A DNA stretch of 63,016 nucleotides, filler included, from Asterionella formosa (GCA_002256025.1; 4 parts of 4 records of this genome joined end to end with filler, not necessarily neighbours in it), one strand, 5' to 3'; counted from the whole stretch's first letter, positions 23,642-35,429 are shown. Notes: generated by a model from the sequence alone, not told the origin. Numbers and translations: made by a program.

Positions 23642-24784
23642 TTAGTTGACTCGAACTCGTTGTAAATATTCCAACAGCAAGGGATGGACCAATTCTGGGG
23701 CTTCATCATGCGGGCAATGTCCCACTTCCGGGAATCCTACCACTCGCTCCACCGCCTCATTCTTAATTAATGCTTCCACACGAGCAGCAGGTGTCCATGG
23801 GTCATCGAGGCCATAACAAATCCAAACTGGTTTATTGTTTGGAAAGGTGGATAACTGAACCTCAGGGAGTGGACCTGCGGAATAGGAAAGTGTATCAAAG
23901 ACAACTTGTGATGCTCCTTCTGTAAGAAGTGGTGTCAAGAGAACATCAACCAACGTGTCATCAACCGCATCAGTGATGGCATATGGCACCATGAGAATTT
24001 GTTTCACTGTACTTGGCGTGGCAAGTGCATCAAACAATCCTTGACCCTTTTCCCGTAGTAATTTTTGAATGGTCCGAACAATTGGCATAGTAATGGCTGG
24101 TAGCGGAATTTCAGCAGAATGCAATTCTCTGAAATTGGGCGACACAATGAAGACTCCTCGGAATAGTTCAGGCTTGTCCAAAACGGCTTGTAAACTGGAA
24201 ATGGAACCGATCGAGTTCGCCACGAGAGTTACTTGCGTTTTGGAGTTGACAACATCTTGGCAAAAGTCGGAAATCAAGTTACTCCATGTATAAAAGTTGT
24301 ATGGCGACTTGAGGGGATGGCTAAGATCCACATCTCTGATTCTTACGCCAATGCCCGCTGCAGTCCCTAATTGGCAGTTCCGGAGAATACTGCCGTGCTT
24401 TCCAAATCTTCCATTTTCTCCGTTGACCGATTGTGCTTCTGGTGAGTCGCTCGGTGGTTTGCTGCTATATCCGCAGCCCCATAGATCCAATGCATATACT
24501 CGGTATCCTTGGTCTCCAAGGAATTGGAGTGCTTTCCTCCAGTGATCCGAATTGACGAACAGGCCGTGTACTAGGACAACAGGTTCCCCATTGGTCGGAC
24601 CGTTGACTTGGTATCGAATCTGCTGTTGCGCCTTCCAAGAGTACAGTTGATTGGGAAGTTTAGTGGCTGGTGATATCTTGGGTGGGATGGCAGAGTAGCC
24701 TTGAATGCTGGTCGTTCCGAGAATCAGGAGGAGTGCCAAGGTCAGGATGAGGTTGCGAGGATATATACCCCTATCGAGACCCAT
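23642..24784 (-). CDS. Alpha/beta-fold hydrolase with an N-terminal signal (pheophytinase-like plastid hydrolase group)
   Basis: Motifs VVLVHGLF, VYALDLWGCGYS, nucleophile elbow LVANSIG, GLDDPW and catalytic His in VGHCPHDEAPE. Hydrophobic leader LILTLALLLILG. The start could also be 24808. Confidence 0.9.
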   Translation of the reverse strand: MGLDRGIYPRNLILTLALLLILGTTSIQGYSAIPPKISPATKLPNQLYSWKAQQQIRYQVNGPTNGEPVVLVHGLFVNSDHWRKALQFLGDQGYRVYALDLWGCGYSSKPPSDSPEAQSVNGENGRFGKHGSILRNCQLGTAAGIGVRIRDVDLSHPLKSPYNFYTWSNLISDFCQDVVNSKTQVTLVANSIGSISSLQAVLDKPELFRGVFIVSPNFRELHSAEIPLPAITMPIVRTIQKLLREKGQGLFDALATPSTVKQILMVPYAITDAVDDTLVDVLLTPLLTEGASQVVFDTLSYSAGPLPEVQLSTFPNNKPVWICYGLDDPWTPAARVEALIKNEAVERVVGFPEVGHCPHDEAPELVHPLLLEYLQRVRVN

Positions 24785-24894
24785 GGCGCATCGCTTTGGA
24801 TCTAACATGCAGGTGCAGACGATCACCCAAAAAATCAGTTATGATCATGCTGGCGGCGTTCTTTTGGTAAAACATAGCGGTAGACTACTTACTA

Positions 24895-25248
24895 CTACCT
24901 GGTACCGTACCTGGTATCGGCTATCAAAAACTCTATATGTGTAGAGCTCCTTGCAAGTTGCGGTAATTTTGCTGAAACTAAAGATTTATGTATCTTTAGC
25001 TTGCTCACCGGTAGATTAAAATGTTTATTACATATAAAAAACTAATTTTATATTATAGGTATGTAGTTCCCTATTACTGGCAGTAGAAGACTTCCGGATA
25101 CCGGTACTGGTACGTAGTACCAAGACGCTGACTAATCAGCAATCAGCAGTATAGTGCGTACCCTGGTACCAGGTACTAGGTATCTGCCAGTTAGCTACAC
25201 CAATCAATCGTATGAAGTTTACAGTGTATCTAGGTACCAGGTACCGGT
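24895..25248. promoter_or_regulatory. Divergent promoter region (hydrolase/GNAT-Tudor gene) with CCWGGTA repeats
   Basis: TACCTGGTACCGTACCTGGTA (about 24895-24915), CCTGGTACCAGGTAC (about 25162) and GGTACCAGGTACCGGTA (about 25233). The role is inferred. Confidence 0.45.
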
Positions 25249-25423
25249 AGTAGATATCACAGGGATCATCTGGTTTACCGTTAAAAATGTATCCTACTCA
25301 AAAATTCTGTTCTCCAATTTGCTTTGCGCTTTATGTGAATTAGGAAGGCGATGGGCCTAACACTGATTGGTTTTGCCGCTCCTCCCTGAATATCAAGAGC
25401 GCACGTCTTCATACAGTATTGTG

Positions 25424-28400
25424 ATGAATCTACAAAGTGAGGATCACGTGTCCAGATGGAATAACGCGAATGAAAAAAAAAGTAAGACTATTCCTATTAA
25501 TACCCGTCGAGGTGCAGTGTTCTAAATTAGATTCATTCCGAGAAACTTCTCCTGCTCATGTGATATATTTTCCTTTGTGATGTAGCTAATTCTTGGGCGG
25601 ATGAATCGACTGATATTGAATTCAAAGACCATGAGACTGGCTTTGAAGCACATAGAGAAAATGTGAATTGGAGTGAAGTTGATACAAATGGGGCGAATTT
25701 TGTGTCAAGGCAAGGGAAGCAGGTGGAGGATTCGAATGAAGTCATCTCTTGTATTAGTGTGACCTCTCCTAGAATCGATGACAGTGGTACTGCCCTCCTT
25801 TTTGCTTCAATAGAAGCACCAAAACTTCCTACAGAACAGATGAGTTCGAGCACAGGCATCCTTGCAGTTGATTCAACAATGGACTCCTCAAACGACACAG
25901 CATTAGATCAGGAAGGTGATGAAGTACCAACATCTGAAGTTGAAAATACCTCATCATTAACTATAGAAGGTACATTCCCTTGGAGGCACTCTGTTTTGAC
26001 AAATGAGGACACAATTTCTTGTGATCACATGAATAGAATCGAACCTTCCCCGCCTCTTGATTCTACAAACAGCTTGTATGGAGAACCTCGTGGTGTACTT
26101 GATACTTTCGGAAAAGTTAACTCAGGTGTTGATAATACTTCTTTGAATGAAGACGCCATTGATAAAGTATTCACATCTGCTTCCTCGGAACAACGTTTAA
26201 ACATGCAAACTGTGTTGCTTCCTTCAAAAGAGGCAATCCTTACGAGGGCTGCTGTTACAACACTTTCAGGCAAATTTTTTTGCAATCATTCGACCTCCTC
26301 AGTTGCAAGCATATCGGAATCATCTCTGGATTCTCAAATGGCCAAAATGATTGACCAGGATTTTCTTCACAGGGTGTGTTCTCACAGGTCCCATGATAAC
26401 GAGGATAGTGAGTCATCCATGGAGAGCATACCCCCTCCCAGAATGGATAAGGTGACAACCAATAAATCTTGGACAAGTACTGATTTGACGTGTGTAAATC
26501 AAACTTCCCCAATGTGGCCTTTGCCACAAAATATTGCTATGAAGAACAAGGATATTCCAGGTTTATGTGGAACTTCGGATGACACTGGTCATAGTGATGA
26601 TGAACAATATGCATCAGAGTTGAGTGCATGTGAGTTTTCAAATACGCCGGTATCATCACATAATTATTTCATGGATGAGGATGGATCGTCTGAAAATAGC
26701 AGCTTAGCCAACAGTTTCTCTTCTGATCCACTTTTGATGGGGATAGAGCAACATGTGAAGCAGGGCCAGAAGGTAAGTTTTGCAAGGGCATGAAATTGTT
26801 TTGTTGGAATTTTCAATTGACACCTCTGCAAAAAACGTGTGTATTCCACAGCCAGTTCTATTGAGTCCATCGCCATTTTGGATTGTGCTTCCCCATATTA
26901 GCATCCAAAACATGCGTTTAGAGGCAATTTTTGTCGGTGCCAAGCCCGCTTTCAAAGGCAATAAGTTCTGCTTTGATTGGGATTCAAGAATGTGGAATGC
27001 AATTGAAACAAGGCCCACTGGTGTTTGTTCTCGTAGGACCAGCAATAGAAGCAATGTATCTCTAATTGAAGATATTTCAATTGCTTGTGAACTCACTGCA
27101 GAATGCTTTGATCACGATGTCACCAGGGATCTGCTCAAGCCCAGGGCTAAGTGTTTGGGGCTACTGTTTCTTTGGTGTGATTCACATCTTGTTAATGTGG
27201 TTGCATGTGTAGCCCCAAGTGCGATGGAAAAACACAAGGCTATTGAAATTCTTCGAATTGCTACCCCAGAAAGTCATCGACATAAGGGATACGCTCGACT
27301 TGCTTTGACTCTCATCATGAATGCAGTCACGAACTTGGCAACACAGACTCACAAGAAAATATTCCTGAATGGATTTCGGTGTTTAACTAGGTTTTACATC
27401 AAGTGTGGTTTCTGTAAACTTGAATCAGCTAATCAATACGAAGACATGCAAGGGGGAAATGGCAGTCTCCTGACTGCATTTCAGATTGATTTGAATCCTG
27501 CTTACTTGCATTACCTATTGAAAACTGCAATACAGAAGCTGCGTCGACGCAAATTTGGAGAGGGCCTGTTTTCTTCATGTCAAGACGAAGTCATGCAGCA
27601 AGACTCACCACCTCCAAAAAGAAAGAAATGCAAACGCATCCACAAAAAACAACTAGCAAGCAATCCTGATGAAAGCATGGTTGTAGTTGTCGATGAAGGC
27701 TGTCCACTAACATCTTGCATCAACATTGGCATACAGCAGGTCAAAGATAACCCAGACTGCAACAATTTCATGCTCAAAGTTGTCAACAAAGGCAATCCAC
27801 TTCTGGCTAACATGGATGTTGACCTTCAAAACCCAGACAGGAACAATTTCAAGCACAAAGTTGTCAACAAAGACAGTGCACATGCATCTTGCATTGACCT
27901 TGACCTTGACCTTCCACAGGATGAGGAAAACCCAGATGGGCACAATTCCAAGCTCAAAGCTGTCAACAAAGACAATCCACTGGTATCTTGCCATGACATT
28001 GGCCTTCCACTGGACAAGGGCAACCCATACTGCAAAAATTTCAATCTCAAAGTTGTCAATAAAATCAATCCACTTGCACCTCGCATTGGCGTGAACCTGC
28101 CAATGGAAGAGGAAAATCCAGACTGGAACAATTTCATTGGGGTAGGACAGGCCCATTACAAGAGTCGCAAATGTAAGAAAACAGAGGTAGTTCTGAGATC
28201 AAGAAGGGCAATTGATGAGGATATGCTGCAAGAAAAGTGTCGTTTAATCAACCAACTACTAAATGTTACACGAAGAATTGGAGATATTGTTCTTGTGTCA
28301 TGGAGAGGGAAGTTCTATCCTGGCACAATTGAAAAAGTATCATGTTTAGAATATTTAATTCGTTGGCTGGATGGCAGTGGTACCAATACAGTTGACAAGG

Positions 28401-28462
28401 GTGCATATATCCTTCCATGGAATGTGGCCATTTCTCTTGATGATGCTGAAGTGGAGGAATAA
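25424..28462 (+). CDS. Predicted 3-exon, about 951-aa protein: acidic Ser-rich N-terminus, GNAT acetyltransferase-like domain, NLS, tandem repeats, Tudor-like domain
   Basis: Exons 25424-25481, 25586-26772 and 26852-28462. Introns GTAAGA..TGTAG (phase 1) and GTAAGT..CACAG (phase 0) give one continuous frame. Motifs EILRIATPESHRHKGYARLAL, FYIKCGF, PPPKRKKCKR and IGDIVLVSWRGKFYPGTIEKV..YLIRWLDG. Confidence 0.75.
27680..28140 (+). repeat. Coding tandem repeat, about 5 units of 27-33 aa
   Basis: Consensus roughly ENPDxNNFKLKVVNKxNPLASCIDIxLP. At DNA level, AACCCAGAC..AATTTCAAGCTCAAAGTTGTCAACAAA-like sequence recurs. Confidence 0.9.
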
Positions 28463-29019
28463 AGATTTTACAACGCCCTTTTTCATTACTCATATGTTGA
28501 ATGCATGCATCTTATAATGAACTTGTTACTAAGCTGTACAAGGGATTTAGAGAGTGATGGCCAGAATACATATGCTGACAAAGTGGGACAGCTTGTCAGT
28601 AACACAAATTCAAAATCACTCATCCTGACTGGATCAAAACTCGAGATGTTGCACAATTGTTTAGAGTTTTCAACATAGTTTTGATAGCAAACAAAATATC
28701 CTGAGCATTTGTTACACAAATCAAAAATAAAATGTTAACATTGCATTAACCCCTGTGAAGACATATCCTTTATGCTAGAAGCTGCAATGTATCAGCATAA
28801 CCATAAGCATTTGCCACACAAATCCACAGTAAAAATAGTAACATGGATAGTTTAGCCACAACAACATAACCCATTGCTATAATTGTACTATCAGGTACTC
28901 CCTCGGTCTGGTACATCAAAAATTCAAATTTCTCCAGGGCCATTTTGACTTGCACAATTTTCTCCGGCTCAATTGCCCTATTGTGCGGCTTGCTCTAGCT
29001 AAGCTACAAATCCATGTAT

Positions 29020-29399
29020 GAAATATAAAAAGATAATATGTTTTATAGCCCATTTGTACTCCCCTTCCTTATTTCTAGGCAAGTATTTCATTGTGTTACC
29101 TGCTGACAAGATCTGTGCTTCCCTAGTTTTGTTGACATAGGTGAGCCCCCAACCACCCTTGTTGCAAAAGGTGATTTTCTTAGCCGCAGCATTAGGGGAA
29201 ACTCCTACCGCCTAGGAAGGCGGCACAAGCTGCTTGTAGGGGGGCAACCCATTATTTCTTGCACACCTGGCAAGACCGTGCGATATGGTAAGGAGTGTGG
29301 GAGTCGAACCCAACAATTGCTTCTCAAAACAATTGCGGGAACCGGCCTCATAACCTCAGATCAAAGACAATGTGCTAAACCATTGAGCCATCATTCCCT
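29020..29399 (-). mobile_element. tRNA-derived SINE, family B, copy 1 (apparently full length)
   Basis: Minus-strand head AGGGAATGATGGCTCAATGGTTTAGCAC...TGGGTTCGACTCCCACACTCCT. The body is homologous to the 31.2-kb and 46.4-kb copies. Flanking direct repeat CAAATCCATGTAT (29007-29019) / CAGATCCATGTAT (29400-29412). Confidence 0.8.
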
Positions 29400-29953
29400 C
29401 AGATCCATGTATATAATATCCATAGAACGATTAAAATTGGCAACTACATTAAAAAAAGAGTTTTTCGGCTTTTTCGATTTTCACTTTGTTAAAGTGAGCT
29501 CATCTATGTAGTTATGACTCAGAGTCAAACAAGTCAAATGATTCAAATGAGTTAACTTTGATTTACCAAGCTCTCATCAACCACACATTTTACGTTGTTA
29601 CTCCGCCTATAATGAGCCAGTCAATATAAGCTATTTCGGAAGACCGATAGTTTGAAAATGAATGATCATGGTTAAAAACCTATGATCAGTAAGTGTGAGA
29701 TAGACATGGGTCTATCTATGATTGTATGTTTCTAGAAATGCAAACAGCATTTGGAGAATAGCTCGTTTGTTTGTTCAAACAGAACAACCTAAACTAGTTG
29801 ATTAAACTCAAAATAAGAATATAGAAATGGAAAGAGAAACGAACATCTCTATCTATACTAGTCTTCTTTGTCTAACAATATACTAGATCTATCAAAAAGG
29901 TAATACTTTAACACGTTTATAAACGGACTTAAGTGCTTAACATGTCTACATAA

Positions 29954-30870
29954 ATGTCTGAAGAGAGCATGAGGCTCATCAAGTTTGATGGGAACGAGAC
30001 AAACTGGTATCAGTGAAGCGTTAAAACGCTTGCTCTTGCCAAGGCCAGAGGATTCCGAACGATGTACTCGAAGAACCAAAACCCATGCTCTGACGAAGAT
30101 TACGAAGTCGAGACAGACAAGAAAGTCAGGGCAAGAATTTACGTGGCAAACGACAAGGTGTACCAGTTGCTCATCATGAGCTGCACTGGAATTGCCTTCG
30201 GACTCGTAAACCAAGCAAAAGCGAAAACGTTGATCGATGGCGATGCATATATGGCGTGGGAGAACCTCGAAGCGAGGTATGCCCCCCATTCTGTGTCGGA
30301 CCTGATCCCGCTGGCAAGCGATTTTAACAAATGCAAGCTGAACGATAGCTCCTCTGATTCAGAGGAATGGATCATTGAGCTCGATCTTATACAAAGCAAG
30401 ATGATGGCGATCGACCCTTGATTTGAGAAGAAAGAAATGGAAGTGATTGCGAACGTTATCAACAAGCTTCCAGTGGAGTACAGCGAGGTTGTTACAGTCG
30501 TCAAAGGCATGACAACAATCAGCCTCAACGAATTGAAAAGCAAGATCCGAGTATTCAACAAACTAAAGCTAAAGGGCACAAAGAGAACAAAGGAGATTGC
30601 CCTATTCACGCAGAAATACAAAGGTATCTGCAAGAACTGCGGCAAACAAGGGCACAAGGCCGACGTGTGCCGATCGAAAACGAACACAAGCAGAACGAAT
30701 GCAAACGGTACGAACGAAAAAATGAGAAAAAGTGCTATAATTGCAATACATATGTCGGGCATATTGCAAGAGACTGCCCAGAACCAAGCCGCGCACTATG
30801 CGGCGAGAAGAAAAAAGAAACCGGCATGTACATCGGAATGTGCGAGGAGATTATGTATTCTAGGTACTGG
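29954..30870 (+). pseudogene. Ty1/copia-type gag remnant
   Basis: MSEESMRLIKFDGNETNWYQ*..GDAYMAWENLEARY..EEWIIEL..INKLPVEYSEVV. Zinc knuckles CKNCGKQGHKADVC and, after a frameshift, CYNCNTYVGHIARDC. In-frame TGA at 30014 and 30419. No pol follows. Confidence 0.85.
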
Positions 30871-31170
30871 AATTGTGACAACACATCCCATTGCCAATTG
30901 CTTTGTGGCAAAAATATATCATGGCATAAATCTTCAGTAAAAATATTAGTATGCCTATTTTAGCGATTATTTCCCTGACGCTAGCTTCTAGGTAGTAAGA
31001 ATGAGTCAGCATTACCATATGCGGATAAGTTTACCACAAACGCGATGACACATGCCATAAGAGGGTTAGCCTAACTCTACGACAAAAGTGTATAAATCTT
31101 AGTACAGCAACCACTGCAATAATAGATCCCGTCGCTCATTATAATTAGCACACCTAACTCTAAGCATTTT

Positions 31171-31475
31171 GGGGAATGGCTTCGTGCGTCTGGTTAGGAG
31201 ATTTCTCTTCAAACATAAATTTGTGGGCTAATATCTTGCTCCTTTTGAGGAGAAATTGTTGTTTTCAAATCCCACACTCTCCTTGCCGTCATACACAGTC
31301 TTGCCTGATATGAAAGAAAAGTGGGCTCCTGTACCGGTGTAAACCGCTTGTGCCGCATTCTTTGGCAGTCAAAGTTTCCCACGACGCAGCAGCTAAGGCA
31401 ACCACTTCTTGCAGATGGTGGGAGATGTGGACCCACCAATGCTAACAAACTAGGAGAGTACAGGTCGTGCCAGCA
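31171..31475 (+). mobile_element. tRNA-derived SINE, family B, copy 2 (more diverged)
   Basis: Begins GGGGAATGGCT. Colinear matches to the reverse complement of 29100-29399: AATTGTTG..TCCCACACTC, GTCTTGCC, GCTTGTGCCGC, AGTTTCCC, GCTAAG, AACAAA(A)CTAGG. Confidence 0.7.
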
Positions 31476-34048
31476 AAGAAGCCGTGCTGTGAAAAGCCGA
31501 TTTTCAAAAATGAGGACTTAACAGGCGCATTATTCATTCCTTAATTTAGCTCTACAAGAAAAAGAACAATAGTGCAAATAGGAAGAAAGGCTTTAATACC
31601 AATTGCACACTTGAGACAGGAAAACGAAGAATCATGTGATTCTCCGTCACACACAGGGGAAATACTATTCCAGGAATGGGGAAGAAATTTTGTCACAGGA
31701 AGAGGAGGGTTTTGCAGGAAAACAGTTAAAGGACGAAGAACCAATGGCAAGATAGCAACATACCTAACAATTACAAGAACTCGCCCAGGGTATTTGGTAC
31801 CAATCCAAACTATCCAAAATTCCCAATAACTGTCAGTGCAATCATTTCTGTTTTTGGCGACAATTGGTTCAGTAATATAAAGGATTTCTGGATTGTGACT
31901 AGACATCATGAGAGGTGTGGTTAGAGAAATGTTGTTTTTGATGTTGAAGCATGCATATGCTTGCACTCTTCACGTATTATTCATTTTTTAATCAGCTGGA
32001 TAACTGAATGTGAGGGAGTAGATTCGATTTTCAATATCGTCCAGTATTTTTCAAGAGCTAACCAAGTTGGATAGCTCTTGAAAACTCCGATATAATTTAT
32101 CTTCACTCTGTATGAGACTGAATTTTTTGCCATGCACACATTATATTGAGTTCGACAAAAGATGAACTCGCAATCAATTGTGAACACCTCTGCAATGTTC
32201 TGGTTGTCACTATTGAAATCGAAGATTACTGATAAAATATAGCTTTGCCTTTTTCGCTCGTATCTATGCCAGAAACGGGCAGTGGATTGACTATTAAATA
32301 TGATATAGTGCACAGATCTGTGAAGAATGCCTCAAAAATAATCTCTTTTTGAGAGATCTTCAAGCAGAATATGAATGAAATTAGCTGTTATCTGTTGCCT
32401 ATTATCGAAAAACAGCTGACAACACTTTTCTAGGTTTCTGATTTGCTGCTATGAGCTGGTAATCCAACTAGACATAAATTGAACACATTCATCTCTATTC
32501 TTCTATGAAGAAGATTTCCTCACTATTTTAAACAATGACAAGCCTCTGAAGCATCAGGCAGAACCAATTATTCAATTCTCTTTTATGTCAAGCAAAAATC
32601 CTCCATCTTAATTATCATTATATATTCAGTTTTTAAGATACAGCAAAGGAGGGACACCATTGAATGCGAAGCGATGTGTTTGATGAATGTTGCTATAGGC
32701 ACCATATGATTATATGAACCTAGTGTTACCGTGGTTGTCTCCATAATCAAAATTTACTAAGAATGGAGAATTTTTTTGGAAAGTGATTTCTTTTTCTCAG
32801 TTCCATGTATATCAATTGCGGCTTCCTTGTCAGCATAATTTGAGCCTAGCCGGCTGGCTGCTGCTGACTGTCCTAAGAATATCATCATCAGTGTTTAGGA
32901 TCAAACCATGTTCTTCAGTAGTAATGAATGAACTGATCATTATAGCAGCGCCATCATCCTCTGGGTAGTAGTGTACTCTTGCCATGGTTGGGACCTGTCC
33001 GCACTTTTTTATTCAACAAAATTTGTTGAAAATTGCTTCATTCTGTCCAGCGATCATAAAAGCTTGCTCTTCATTGTTCTTTTGCAAACTACAACTGCCT
33101 TAAGATCTCCAAGTTTTGTTAATTTTACTGTTACCATAGTGACACATCTTCGTGCTGGCAATAGTGATTCCAATATCAATTGATACATGTGTATTTTGAT
33201 TTCAGTTTAATTAACAAACCCGGCTGGCTTTTGGTTTCGAATCATATTTAGCTTCAGTGTGATTTAGCCTAAAATATTTAAATAAACCTTTTTTCTAATT
33301 CTGCCACTTACTTCCATATGTTTTTCTTCAAGTTTTACCGTTTTGCTTAAAGTTGTTTTGCGTGAACTAGGTTTACTTAAACTTTCAATTTTGCTTAATT
33401 TTCGACTACATCATTTCAACCAAACTGCCATCACAATCACATATCTAGCTACAGAACACTCCTGTGCACCTTTGCTACTTATGCTAACCCACCTCTAGCT
33501 ATATTGCACACCGGTAGTAGCATATTAAACCTAGCTGGATCACTCATGCACAGGGTGCCCGAGGTATCACTTGTAGCCGCTAGTGGAAAGTAATTATTTA
33601 TCACATATTATGCAATGTTTTTGTCTTTATAAATCGGTGCTGTGTAGTCGTTCTGAGCGGCTGGAGAAAATTGCATCATGTCATCTCAGACTTGACCATG
33701 ACGAAAATACAGAAAAAAAAACTCCATAAAAAGGAGAACGTCGTTTTGCTGTTTGAAAACTATTTCAATCGCGATACAGACAACACAATCATAAAAGAAA
33801 TTTCCTAATAACACTAATATTGACAACGAAAATTGAATCGCCGAATGTTACGAACAGCTTTGACACTTTTGAAAATAGATACATAAGACTACGGCTACAA
33901 CAATAACCTGAATAATTGTAGCAGCAGATGTGAAATAAGTTATTTATCCACAGAGAATTCATTGATGGCGAATTGACAATTTGAATAGTGGTAGAAGCCG
34001 AGAAATGTAAAGTATGCTGTGAGAGTCCCAACTACCAGTGATATCCTA

Positions 34049-34299
34049 TAAAAGATGTCAATTAAATTTTATGGTACGTTAAAGCTATCCAATAATCGCA
34101 TGTGCCCAAATGAATGGAAATAATTTGTACCTTTTTCGTCCGTATGGTACAACGGGACCTGTCTCTTGATAACCGGACCTGTCTCTTTGTCCACCTCACC
34201 CCTGGAACCCTAGGGACTACATAAAAGAAAGACAGATGGAGAATGCAGGAATCGAACTCGCCACCTCATAAGGTGTGCTAATCAATCAATTCATTCCCC
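34049..34299 (-). mobile_element. tRNA-derived SINE, family A, copy 3 (apparently full length)
   Basis: Minus-strand head GGGGAATG...CACCTTATGAGGTGGCGAGTTCGATTCCTGCATTCTCCA. Flanking 16-bp direct repeat TACCAGTGATATCCTA (34033-34048) / TACCGGTAATATCCTA (34300-34315). Confidence 0.8.
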
Positions 34300-35429
34300 T
34301 ACCGGTAATATCCTAAAGTAGTGTGCAGCAGCCCCTTCGTACATCAAATGAAATGCTACAGTAGCGAAACGGTATAGCTGGTACATTGTTGACATATCGG
34401 TAACAAGTAGACCGATGCCGGTAAATGCATCACTTGTTTCTTTCCTTACGCCCATGGTAATGCAGCAGCTATGTACATGTGTTGGCCGGCAGGCGCAAAT
34501 CATTAGTAGTTACAAAATTTGATTTCCCAAAAGCTCCAGAGTCAGGAAATATCTGTCCGTTCTTGGGGGAATAACACGATGAATCAAATTTACCGCAACT
34601 TGCTGATGAGGTCTCGAAGTTGTCAGGACTACATGCATTCTACAATAGGGATTCCATTGTTATCATGGGCACTAAAATTAAATCCAGTTTTCTTGACAAC
34701 TAAGCAATATTGTGACTCTATAAGTTAAGATCATTCTGTGGTATTAAATTGCACCCAACACCTCGGAGCATTCAACTCTGGCTTGAAGTATTCAACAATG
34801 AAAAACTGGTGGAAGTTTACGGTTGCTTGTGTCAGCCATGCTTCTCATGACCACCATCAGAGTAATACTTTTGTCAAGTCTCATAATTAAAATAGACTGC
34901 ATTCATCCACCTTTCAATTATTGATATGGATCATATCTTGTTTAATCGAAACATTGAAAGAAAACTTCTAATTGATAGCTATGTGTGTCATTATAAATTG
35001 ATTTCCGAAGAGCAGGGATTTCTTTGTCACTCCGCATCCTCCAACTCCTTGATTTCCAAACCCAAATTTGAATCTAATGTGGGAACCACATGTACATATA
35101 CATATACATGTACATGCACATACTCATACTCATAAATTTTCTCCACTAAGCGAGATTTAAATTCCGAATTTCTTGAAAGCTTTCATGGCATCTGAGATGG
35201 ATTTAAAGAATGGTGGGGGAAATCCTATTCTTTCGATAAATACATATTGATCAAACGATAAACGATGTCATTCATAATATAAAATGAGTGATTTGTGATC
35301 TTAGAAAGATTACATTTCTGTTTGTAGACGACGTATAATCTACTTAGGATACTATACTATTTCTATGATCTGCTCCACTTCATTGTATTAATTCTTCTGT
35401 TTTTTAGTTGATGGGGTGAAATTCTCCAC

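Noticed and set aside
26780..26793. Programmed frameshift or overlapping genes between ORFs 25663-26793 and 26780-28462
   Set aside because: A canonical 79-nt GT-AG intron (26773-26851) joins them in frame.
30014..30421. TGA readthrough or an alternative genetic code in the copia gag
   Set aside because: The element also has a frameshift and lacks pol, and intact host genes use TGA as stop. Ordinary decay is sufficient.
31541..33400. Fragmentary ORFs suggesting another decayed element (also 55860-57000)
   Set aside because: No diagnostic motif was recognised, so they are left unannotated.
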